Below are positions 18,974 through 27,306 of a stretch of 64,000 nucleotides of DNA, one piece after another (the stretch's first letter is position 1; every line of letters begins with the position of its first letter). Source of the DNA: Candidatus Poseidoniales archaeon (lineage in GTDB: Archaea; Thermoplasmatota; Poseidoniia; Poseidoniales; Poseidoniaceae). The notes beneath the pieces were generated by a model that searched no databases, was not told the origin of the DNA, and was given only the letters and a program-made list of their open reading frames with translations. The position numbers were made by a program, and so were the translations under genes. The DNA lies in assembly GCA_003602415.1 (NCBI GenBank), contig QQSK01000013.1, positions 89,929-153,928 on the forward strand, in the 5' to 3' direction.

Positions 18974-20137
18974 TCATGCAGTTGCGCCAATACCGGTAGC
19001 AAGTTGACGAGGAGTCAATGGCTTATCTTCAATCCACTGCTGCTTGAATATTTCTTTCAGTGCCTCTTCGTCTTCAGGTGTTGGAAGAACAGTCTTCAGA
19101 TATTCTGAATATTCTTCATCAGTCCCTTCGAATAGTGACCCGTCGGTGTAACAGTTCTTGCCTCCGAAAGCACCGATATCTCGGTGGAAGTTTTCGTGAG
19201 GAACAAATAGTTCGACACCACATCCTTCTGGAAGGTATCCGTTCAACTTCTCAACCTCTTTGACGATTTCATCGTGGTAATGTCCACGACTTTCTTCATT
19301 CAGAACTTCTTTGTTGACTTCGATATCAGCATCTAGCTTCTTTCTTTCATCCCAACGTCCCTTTACTCCCCAGACATATGCCCAGTGAGCAGAGGTAGAG
19401 GAATCAGTACCAAACAAATCGTGTGCTGTAGCAACCCACTTGTTCATGTATCGTTGTAGCATATCAAGTGGAATAACTCCTGCTTTGATGATTCTGCGCA
19501 ATCCGTTTGAACCGGTTCCAAGGTGGAAAGATTCCTCCTTGAGCATAGGGCCCATAGATGCAGCCAATGGCTTGAATGCAGATGTGGAAAGCATTCCTAA
19601 CTGGAATTTACCGTCACGGTCTACGAACATGGTGTAGCAGAAGAAGTCTAACCAATGTGGCATAGGCCTGTTGAATGCGCCAAGAAGACGATCTCCATCC
19701 TGAGCATTTCGCTCTAGTAACTTCTGAGCCTCACGTCGTCCCTGCTGTCCAAAATATGTCATCAATAGATACGCCATTTGCCATCCATGTCTCTGTTCTT
19801 CAGCCATGATTCTAGCAGCTGCATATCTGTCGTAATCAGATGGTGCGGTTTCGAGTAAGTGCTTCTGTTGTTCTACGGATGCGAATTCAGTGTCTCCTTG
19901 CACGGTGATCATTGAGACCAATGCATCACGGATGTTTTGGTGAGGTACTTGTAACGCTCTTTCCCACTTTGCACGACCGGAATAATCTCCGAATTCAATA
20001 ACGTCGCCAGCACGGTCCCAATCAAACAGAATAGATAGGTCGAAATCGCCTAACCATTCTCGGTTGAAACCAACTCTGTCTTGCCAATCGCTGAAGTTGT
20101 TTACCCAGTCGTCCCATGTCTTTGGTAGTTCTGCCAT
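18974..20137 (-). CDS. boxB: Benzoyl-CoA epoxidase subunit B-like di-iron protein
   Basis: QGDTEFASVEQQ, EEQRH, FVDRDGKFQL, EESFH; two ExxH di-iron motifs in BoxB-like context. Confidence 0.8.
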   Translation of the reverse strand: MAELPKTWDDWVNNFSDWQDRVGFNREWLGDFDLSILFDWDRAGDVIEFGDYSGRAKWERALQVPHQNIRDALVSMITVQGDTEFASVEQQKHLLETAPSDYDRYAAARIMAEEQRHGWQMAYLLMTYFGQQGRREAQKLLERNAQDGDRLLGAFNRPMPHWLDFFCYTMFVDRDGKFQLGMLSTSAFKPLAASMGPMLKEESFHLGTGSNGLRRIIKAGVIPLDMLQRYMNKWVATAHDLFGTDSSTSAHWAYVWGVKGRWDERKKLDADIEVNKEVLNEESRGHYHDEIVKEVEKLNGYLPEGCGVELFVPHENFHRDIGAFGGKNCYTDGSLFEGTDEEYSEYLKTVLPTPEDEEALKEIFKQQWIEDKPLTPRQLATGIGATA

Positions 20138-20171
20138 GGAACTCCTAAGGGGGTTCTCCTATTCATTAATT

Positions 20172-20198
20172 TGCGAACATGTTCGTGCGAACATGTTC
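20172..20198. promoter_or_regulatory. Tandem palindromic operator upstream of the boxB-like gene
   Basis: TGCGAACATGTTC twice (20172-20184, 20186-20198); core GAACATGTTC is palindromic. Confidence 0.6.
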
Positions 20199-20859
20199 AG
20201 GGGGAGTTGCGACGCACCTCGTCTGCAAACGAATTTAGCACCACACCCTCGATTTTGTGAAGTTGAACAGATAGAGTAGATTTGCTAACTCCCAATAATT
20301 CGGCAAGTGCACTTAGAGTGATTCTTCTTGGAGATTCCCAATAGCCTTCATTCATTGCGGAATCAAAAACGGCTCTTTGTCTCGAAGTGAGCATCCTACT
20401 GCCAGTTGAACGAGTTGAAACAACCCGATAGGGGATTTCTTCTTCTCGCAACATTTGTACCAATTCTCTACTTTTGTCTGCTGAACATTCAATGGTCCAA
20501 TCTACCCATCCATCTCTAATCTCGAATGGTGACTGAGGAATAACTCCTGCTTCACGAACCGGTTTGATATATCCTCCGCCGCCTGGTGCAATGTCAACTT
20601 CGAACCTGTTGTTTCCTAGATGTCGAACTTCGTCAACACCCGAATGTGAATTCAATTCTTGACTCAAATCAGTTGAGGATGAAATTTTTGCAGTACCTCT
20701 CCCTCTTCCTAAAGGCATTGTTTCTTCAATACGAATGATCGCTTCAGGCCTTGAACGAGAAACATCGCCAGACCAATGCCCTTCAGGCAACCTGACTTCG
20801 ATTCTTAATTGGTTGACCATATTATCACAATGGATGTGTTCTATCGTGGCGAGTGACAT
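20197..20859 (-). CDS. Bacterio-opsin-activator-type (HTH_10) transcriptional regulator
   Basis: LTSRQRAVFDSAMNEGYWESPRRITLSALAELLGVSKST; the true start is probably the internal MVNQL. Confidence 0.88.
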   Translation of the reverse strand: MSLATIEHIHCDNMVNQLRIEVRLPEGHWSGDVSRSRPEAIIRIEETMPLGRGRGTAKISSSTDLSQELNSHSGVDEVRHLGNNRFEVDIAPGGGGYIKPVREAGVIPQSPFEIRDGWVDWTIECSADKSRELVQMLREEEIPYRVVSTRSTGSRMLTSRQRAVFDSAMNEGYWESPRRITLSALAELLGVSKSTLSVQLHKIEGVVLNSFADEVRRNSP

Positions 20860-21808
20860 CTCCTGTCCTCACATCGATTAATTCAGCAAAGGTCTGAATG
20901 CTATTCTCGCCGACAATGACTCCAGGTAAGTATCCATCACAGACTCCAGACGCTGCGAATATCGCATCATCAGATTTGCAGAGGTCCTTAGCGTCCCATA
21001 GTCTGGTCAAATCATCATCAACCATTTTCTCCGCTCTCTTTTCTTCTTCATCGGAGCGGAATACTAGCCTTCCTTCGAAAACACCGCCAATACCTCTCAG
21101 TGCAGTTGCAGTAATCACGCCTTCAGGTGCAGCACCAATGCCGAGTAGCATATCGTAAGGGCCATCTGGCCTAGCAGCCCAAATTGCGGCTGAGACATCA
21201 CCATCTCCCATCAAATGCAGTTGGGCGCCAGCTTCTCTAACCTCTTTGAATAACTTAGCGTGACGCTCTCTATCTAGAGATACTACCTTTACTTCTGAAA
21301 TTGGTTTATCCAGCACGTGCGCTGCCTGTTCTAGATTGTAAGCCACTCCTCCATCCAAGCTGACATGTCCTGCTAGTTCAGGCCCTGCTGCGATTTTATC
21401 CATGTAACAATCTGGAGCGTGAAGAAGTGTTCCACGTGGTGCTGCAGCAAGAACTGCAATAGAGTTAGGAGAGTTATCTGCACAGTTATTTGTACATTCT
21501 AAAGGATCGACTGCAATATCGATTTGTAGCGCTCCTTCAACTCCAACTTGGTTTCCAAGTTCTTCTCCAATGAACAACATTGGGGCCTCGTCACGCTCAC
21601 CTTCACCAATAGCAACTCTACCATCAAACGGTACTTTGTCGAAGGTTTTGCGCATTGCTTCAACAGCAGCCGCATCAGCAGCATTTTTGTCGCCTAAACC
21701 ACGCCATGCAGCACTAGCAATAGCGGCTTGGTCTACTGCTTCAAGGAAATGATGCGCCAGGTCTGCGGTTCTCGGCATGTTATCTGCGATAAGCAACCCC
21801 TCCATCAA
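20825..21808 (-). CDS. glpX: Class II fructose-1,6-bisphosphatase
   Basis: GDKNAADAAAVEAMR, IGEGERDEAPML, DIAVDPLE, DGDV, GAAPEGV. Confidence 0.92.
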   Translation of the reverse strand: MMEGLLIADNMPRTADLAHHFLEAVDQAAIASAAWRGLGDKNAADAAAVEAMRKTFDKVPFDGRVAIGEGERDEAPMLFIGEELGNQVGVEGALQIDIAVDPLECTNNCADNSPNSIAVLAAAPRGTLLHAPDCYMDKIAAGPELAGHVSLDGGVAYNLEQAAHVLDKPISEVKVVSLDRERHAKLFKEVREAGAQLHLMGDGDVSAAIWAARPDGPYDMLLGIGAAPEGVITATALRGIGGVFEGRLVFRSDEEEKRAEKMVDDDLTRLWDAKDLCKSDDAIFAASGVCDGYLPGVIVGENSIQTFAELIDVRTGDVTRHDRTHPL

Positions 21809-21817
21809 TCAAGCGGG

Positions 21818-22270
21818 TCATTCCGCCTTGTGTTTTTCTAAGATTACAATATCTGAAATCTTAGTTTCAGGGTACTGCCCCTCGCTATCTTTCTCAAATG
21901 ATTTCACCATATCAAGTGCGCATAACAGGCCAGCAGCCACTCCGGTTAAGGCCTCCATTTCGATACCTGTTTTGTAGTGAGCACTGACTTCTACTGTACA
22001 TCGTAATGCACAATCTTCCCAATCCCAAGATACCTTACATCCTTCCAATGGGATTGGGTGGCAATGTGGAATTATGCGTGGGGTTTCTTTGACAGCTTGT
22101 ATGGCAGCGATTGTCGATGCTTCCAGAACATTTCCTTTCTTGACCTCATCATTTTCGATTGCATTTTTTGAATCGATTGAAAGGTGTACTAAACCGGTAG
22201 CAACAGCCTTTCTGTGCACTATTGCTTTGGCACCGATATCTACAACTCCTTGGATACTCTTCTTCATCAA
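21818..22270 (-). CDS. moaC: Cyclic pyranopterin monophosphate synthase
   Basis: IIPHCHPIP, TGIEMEALTG, DMVKS. Confidence 0.93.
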   Translation of the reverse strand: MMKKSIQGVVDIGAKAIVHRKAVATGLVHLSIDSKNAIENDEVKKGNVLEASTIAAIQAVKETPRIIPHCHPIPLEGCKVSWDWEDCALRCTVEVSAHYKTGIEMEALTGVAAGLLCALDMVKSFEKDSEGQYPETKISDIVILEKHKAE

Positions 22271-22271
22271 A

Positions 22272-22697
22272 TCACCCTAAACCTGCTTTCCAAGTCTCCC
22301 CGCTAGGCTTGACTTCTTTTTTCCACAGAGGGGCTTGCCGTTTTAGTTCATCGATTAGCCATGAACATCCTTCAAACGCCTCTTTTCTGTGAGGACTAGC
22401 AACGTGTATTGCTACAATATTTTCCTGAGGCCCAACTGTTCCTGTTCTATGAGCCATCGCTATTGAATAAAGAGAAAATTTCTCAATTGCTAATTCTGCG
22501 ATAGATTGCAAAGTCTCAGACAATTTATCTTGCCATGCATCAAATTCCAATCGAAGTACTTCTTCACCGTCGTCAACCTCTCTGGTAATTCCGATAAATG
22601 ATACGATTGCACCACATCCTTCTGTATTGAGGTGAGAGCGTAATTTGTCTACATCCAATGAATCAGGCGCTTCTTGAATGAAAATGTGCCCCTGCAT
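22272..22697 (-). CDS. moaE: Molybdopterin synthase catalytic subunit
   Basis: GAIVSFIGITR, HRTG, SPHRKEAF, PLWKKE. Confidence 0.93.
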   Translation of the reverse strand: MQGHIFIQEAPDSLDVDKLRSHLNTEGCGAIVSFIGITREVDDGEEVLRLEFDAWQDKLSETLQSIAELAIEKFSLYSIAMAHRTGTVGPQENIVAIHVASPHRKEAFEGCSWLIDELKRQAPLWKKEVKPSGETWKAGLG

Positions 22698-22749
22698 GAT
22701 TAGCCCAAGCGAGCCGCATCCTTGAAACCATCCTCACACATGGGTAATC

Positions 22750-23982
22750 ATGGCCGAAGCGGGTCCTATTCACATAATGGGTGCAGGCTTGTCAGGCCTT
22801 GCTGCCGCTACAACACTCGCAAAAGCAGGTGTTGAAGTGCACGTCCATGATGTTAGAGAGGATTCAGGGCAACGTTTTGATGGTGATTTTCAAGCCCTTG
22901 AAAATTGGTCTATGAATGCCGATTTTTTTGACCAGTTACTTGAATGGGGATACGACCCTAAGGAATTCAAAGCTACAGAATTTAATGTGGTAGATTTGAT
23001 TCATCCCGATGATGAGATATCTAAGACACATTCACCAAAGGTGGCTTATCGTATAGTTGAAAGAGGAACTTCAGAACATACAATCGATCAAGGATTCAAG
23101 CGAATGGCAATTGCCGCTGGTGCTAACCTGCATTACAAGAGTAGAGTAAAGGAAGAAGATTGTCAAATTATTGCATGTGGTCCTAAAGGTACCAGTGCAG
23201 TAGCATACGGCGAAATTTTCCGAACCAAGCATCCTAACCATATCGCATTCCAACTGAATGATAAATTAGCACCTGGGGCTTATTCATACCTAATCATCAT
23301 AGATGGTGTAGGATTGATTTGCACCTGTTTATGGCGCAAGCAGAAAGGAACAGAAAGATTCCTCAATGAGACGATTGCATGGTATCAGGAACATTATCCT
23401 GATATTGATATGGAGCCGATAAAGAGAGTTGGTGGTAAAGGAGATTTCACAATCAACAAGAATTATTTCCAAGATGGCCGTTTTTATGTTGGTGAATCTG
23501 GAGGATTGCAGGATTTCATGTGGGGCTTTGGAATGAGAATGGCGGTATGGTCTGGCCACCTAGCAGCCCAAGACATTCTTGGAAATTGTAACTATGAGAC
23601 AGAAGTTCGTAAACAATTGATGCCGTATGTCAAGACTTCAGTCAGCAATCGTTTCTTGATGAATAGAGTTGGGGATCGTACCTTCAAAAGAATGTGTAAA
23701 TCTTGGATGAAGAATCAAGCTAAGAAAGGGGATGGTCTGATTTGGATTGGTAAATTATTCAGGCCAACTTGGTACAAATCGCTATTGTATGTTGCAGTCA
23801 GTCCGTTTATGTTAAAGAAAGATCCTAAGGCAATGGGCCGAGGAGTGCGTCGTTTACCATTTAGAAAAGCAAAGAAAAGAGATTTGTGGGAACAGTCTGA
23901 ATCTGCGGTAAAAATAGGCGAAAGATGGGACCAAGTTAGACGCTCTGGCGGAAGAACTTCGTTTAGCGAGAATAGCGATTGA
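22750..23982 (+). CDS. FAD-dependent oxidoreductase, geranylgeranyl-reductase-like
   Basis: GAGLSGL FAD motif; APGAYSY; VGESGGLQDFMWGFGM. Confidence 0.75.
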   Translation: MAEAGPIHIMGAGLSGLAAATTLAKAGVEVHVHDVREDSGQRFDGDFQALENWSMNADFFDQLLEWGYDPKEFKATEFNVVDLIHPDDEISKTHSPKVAYRIVERGTSEHTIDQGFKRMAIAAGANLHYKSRVKEEDCQIIACGPKGTSAVAYGEIFRTKHPNHIAFQLNDKLAPGAYSYLIIIDGVGLICTCLWRKQKGTERFLNETIAWYQEHYPDIDMEPIKRVGGKGDFTINKNYFQDGRFYVGESGGLQDFMWGFGMRMAVWSGHLAAQDILGNCNYETEVRKQLMPYVKTSVSNRFLMNRVGDRTFKRMCKSWMKNQAKKGDGLIWIGKLFRPTWYKSLLYVAVSPFMLKKDPKAMGRGVRRLPFRKAKKRDLWEQSESAVKIGERWDQVRRSGGRTSFSENSD

Positions 23983-24000
23983 CTCATTAAGCGGACCCTT

Positions 24001-24876
24001 TTGGCAGATGACATGAGCGACCTATACGGACTCAAACTTGAACCAATGCCTAATCGTCTAGTTAACTACGGTACAACCGACAACGGTATCGCAGTTATTG
24101 AACTTGCATCTGACTCAGCTGGTGCTCCTTTAGAAGGAGATGCAATGGGTCCTAACACCTATACTCACGAGATGATGCGTGATATTGATACTGCAATTAT
24201 CAAAGCACGTTTCGATGATGATGTTACCGTGATTGTCATTACTGGAAACGGTTCCAAATTCTTCTCAGCAGGTGCATCTATCCAGATGCTTAACAGCGTA
24301 ACACCTGGATTCAAGTACAATTTCTGTCTTCATGCAAACGAGACACTTTCTCGATTCGAGCAGACAACAAAGTTGGTTATCTGTGCAATGAACGGTCACG
24401 CAGTTGGTGGCGGTTTAGAAATCGCTATGGCAGCGGATATTAGAATCGCTAGAAAGAATGCAGGTAAAGTTGGACTTCCTGAAATCAACCTTGGTGTTCT
24501 TGCAGGAACTGGAGGAACAGCTCGCTTAACCCGTCTAATCGGTAAAGCAAAGGCTCTGGAAATGATGGTTACTGGTGAATTAATGTCTTTTGAAGATGCA
24601 AAGGATTGCAATCTAATCAACCATATTTGGGAAGGAGACGCAGACGATTTCCGCCGAGATGTACTGGATTGGGCTAGCCAATTCACTCTACCTAACAAGG
24701 CAACAAAGGCTGTTGGAAACATCAAGAGATCTTGCCAGACAGGACCTGAGATTCCATTCGAGTACCACTTGGCACTTGAGCGTGAACTTCAGGCTGCTCT
24801 ATTCGGTAGCAGCGATGCTAAGGAAGGTATCGCAGCATACGTCGAAAAGAGAGTTCCTTCTTTCGAAGGTCAATGA
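24001..24876 (+). CDS. Crotonase-family protein resembling the N-terminal domain of BoxC
   Basis: FFSAGA, FKYNFCLHANET, GGGLEIA, LPEINLGVLAGTGGT. Confidence 0.75.
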   Translation: MADDMSDLYGLKLEPMPNRLVNYGTTDNGIAVIELASDSAGAPLEGDAMGPNTYTHEMMRDIDTAIIKARFDDDVTVIVITGNGSKFFSAGASIQMLNSVTPGFKYNFCLHANETLSRFEQTTKLVICAMNGHAVGGGLEIAMAADIRIARKNAGKVGLPEINLGVLAGTGGTARLTRLIGKAKALEMMVTGELMSFEDAKDCNLINHIWEGDADDFRRDVLDWASQFTLPNKATKAVGNIKRSCQTGPEIPFEYHLALERELQAALFGSSDAKEGIAAYVEKRVPSFEGQ

Positions 24877-24880
24877 TTCT

Positions 24881-25552
24881 CTAGTTAGGGCAAGTTCGAG
24901 CATTGTGCTCCATACTATTGCAGATACTACATCTGCGAAGCGCCATTTTTCTGGATTTTTGGCTTTGCCTTCTAATTGCTGCTTCAGGATTTAACTCAGG
25001 ACAAGTACGTTTGTTGTGTCCTGGTTGAAAACAATGCTTGCATAAACGTAGACCTCTTTCTCGTAATTTCCTAGCCTTAGCTTGATCAGGATATAATGTT
25101 GGACAAGTTCTAGAATTATGACCTGGCCTATCGCAATGCGAACAACTACGACGGATATTTTTCCTAACCACAACAGGTCTGTCTGGATTAAGTACAGGAC
25201 ATGAGCGAGAATTGTGCCCGGGTTTACTACAGTATGAGCATTTTCTTCGTCTGTCGCCTGTGTTTTGTGTAACCTTCTCAGGATATAGTAAAGGGCAAGT
25301 TCTCTTGTTGTGACCCTTCCTTAGACAGTGGGAGCATGTGCGTACATTTTCTCTGAATCCTCTTGCTTTCCTAGCCTCAGCTTTGTCGGGATCATTTTGG
25401 ACACAAGTTCGCATGTTATGTCCACGTTCTCCGCATAGTGAACATACTCTAATTTCTCTTCTTCTTCTAATTGCTGATTTTTTACTTGCAGCTTTCGGAC
25501 AATTTTCAGTGAGGTGTAGATTTGAGCCACATTGAGAACAAGGACTCTGCAT
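24881..25552 (-). CDS. Basic protein with seven CCHC zinc knuckles
   Basis: Seven C-x2-C-x4-H-x4-C repeats with Arg/Lys-rich linkers. Confidence 0.8.
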   Translation of the reverse strand: MQSPCSQCGSNLHLTENCPKAASKKSAIRRRREIRVCSLCGERGHNMRTCVQNDPDKAEARKARGFRENVRTCSHCLRKGHNKRTCPLLYPEKVTQNTGDRRRKCSYCSKPGHNSRSCPVLNPDRPVVVRKNIRRSCSHCDRPGHNSRTCPTLYPDQAKARKLRERGLRLCKHCFQPGHNKRTCPELNPEAAIRRQSQKSRKMALRRCSICNSMEHNARTCPN

Positions 25553-25679
25553 TGGTGAAAGATTGATTATGTGTTGTATATTAAATCAATTATTAATCGA
25601 AAAATATGATTTTTTACTGCCTTATCATCTTCAAACATCTAACGATGTTTTCAAGTCCTTGAGTTGGTTCGGCTGGGTC

Positions 25680-26609
25680 ATGGCAACCAAGTACTCAGTT
25701 CCTGCTGATGTTCCTGACGAACTTATTGAGACCTTTATCGATAATATGGATGCAGCAACATGTGGAACCGGAAAGATGAATCTATTCGCTTGTGACCAAA
25801 AAATTGAGCACCTGAACGATGATTTCTATGATGGCGGAAATAAGATTCCATTATCTTCTAACGACCCAGCCCATTTGTTTGAAATTGGAGCGAGGGCACA
25901 TGAAGAAGGTACCATCGGAGTATTGGCTGGACAACTGGGATTGATTGCTCAATATGCAAGAGATTATCCAGATATTCCTTATCTTGTAAAACTTAATTCT
26001 AAATCTCACATGGTCAAAACTTCACAGAGAGATCCAGTATCTCAAGCAATGTGGGATATCGATGATGTTGCATCTCTTCTCCACAACGGAATAAATGTTG
26101 TAGGGATTGGATATACCGTATACATCGGCTCCGAATACGAACATGAGATGTTAACTGAAGCAGCTACTTTCATCCGCCAGGCGCATGAGATGGGAATGAT
26201 AGCGGTTGTTTGGATGTACCCTCGTGGGAAAGCAGTGACCGATGAAAAAGACCCTCAACTTATTTCTGGGGCTGCTGGTGTTGCAGCATGTATTGGTGCA
26301 GATTTTGCTAAAGTGAATTATCCTCGTGCATTCGAAGGCATGACACAACCAGAAAGTCTTGGTATCGCTGCTGAAGCAGCAGGCCGCTGTGGAATAATCT
26401 GTTCAGGAGGAGGAACACTTCCGCCTGAAGAATTCCTAGGACGTTTGGTTGACCAGATGCAAGTTTCAGGTTGTAGAGGTGCTGCAACTGGCAGAAATAT
26501 TCACCAGAAAACAACCGAAGAAGCAGTCAGAATGACCGCAGCATGTAAAGCGGTAATTTGTGATGGTGCTGGACTTGAAGAAGCTCTAGCAATTTACAAT
26601 GGACAGTAA
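25680..26609 (+). CDS. Class I (DhnA-type) fructose-bisphosphate aldolase family protein
   Basis: CDQKIEH, YLVKLN, WMYPRG, GADFAKVNYP, GRNIHQ. Confidence 0.88.
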   Translation: MATKYSVPADVPDELIETFIDNMDAATCGTGKMNLFACDQKIEHLNDDFYDGGNKIPLSSNDPAHLFEIGARAHEEGTIGVLAGQLGLIAQYARDYPDIPYLVKLNSKSHMVKTSQRDPVSQAMWDIDDVASLLHNGINVVGIGYTVYIGSEYEHEMLTEAATFIRQAHEMGMIAVVWMYPRGKAVTDEKDPQLISGAAGVAACIGADFAKVNYPRAFEGMTQPESLGIAAEAAGRCGIICSGGGTLPPEEFLGRLVDQMQVSGCRGAATGRNIHQKTTEEAVRMTAACKAVICDGAGLEEALAIYNGQ

Positions 26610-26708
26610 TCATTGTACCATTCCACAAGATGTACAGAGGCTACCTACGACTAGGCCGCCACAGAACATGCAGACTCCTGCATCAGTAATCTCGAGAATG
26701 CGAATCAT

Positions 26709-27035
26709 TCAGTTTCGCCTGATTAGGTCGCTGGTTTGAACGTTGCCATCAGGGCCGATGATAATTGGCTGGCCTTCTTCCCATCCTGGGCAGTTATCTG
26801 AAACCCATGTTCGTGTAGCCCATTCGCAGATGTCGTATCCGCCAGATAGTATTCCTGAACGCTTGATGTATCCTACTTTGACAATGTCCTTGTCCTTTGA
26901 AAGGACGTTTCCGAGTTGTTGACTAGTTGTTCCATGCCTCATGGTGCTGTTGATGTGCTCTAGGATCTCTGCGGTATTTCGCGGTTTGTCACCTAGGAAC
27001 TTCTTGATTTTCTCTCGTATTCTTACTGTCTTCAT
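26709..27035 (-). CDS. Small conserved wHTH-like protein (DUF3860-like)
   Basis: GGAGG SD; NTAEILEHINSTMRHGTTSQQLGNVLSK; family name recalled, not searched. Confidence 0.7.
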   Translation of the reverse strand: MKTVRIREKIKKFLGDKPRNTAEILEHINSTMRHGTTSQQLGNVLSKDKDIVKVGYIKRSGILSGGYDICEWATRTWVSDNCPGWEEGQPIIIGPDGNVQTSDLIRRN

Positions 27036-27111
27036 TAGTCATCTCCTCCTTGTCATTTGGCTGTTTCCTGTGTCTTGGATGGGCCGTTGAATCCAAGGAG
27101 CGAAGCAGCCC

Positions 27112-27117
27112 ATATAA
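27112..27117 (-). promoter_or_regulatory. TATA box candidate for the 26709..27035 gene
   Basis: TTATAT on the minus strand about 80 nt upstream of the ATG; leader hairpin CTTGGAT/ATCCAAG. Confidence 0.4.
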
Positions 27118-27214
27118 CCGTTGCTACTACATCGAGTTCAAAGTTACATTAACTAACTCGATTTTTGACATAAAAGTGGTTTTATTGTTAAACCGAGTTT
27201 AATAAAGGGAGTTC

Positions 27215-27225
27215 TCCAGTGGAAA
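27215..27225 (+). promoter_or_regulatory. ORB-like sequence
   Basis: TCCAGTGGAAA in an AT-rich intergenic region. Confidence 0.45.
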
Positions 27226-27306
27226 TATGTAACAAAATGTAACAAAATAGTGTAAAGTAAGTAAAAATCCTGATATATCAAGTATTATTGGAACAAATTG
27301 GTGACA

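Noticed and set aside
20172-20198. LexA SOS box
   Set aside because: Spacing is GAAC-N2-GTTC rather than N4, and the context is catabolic
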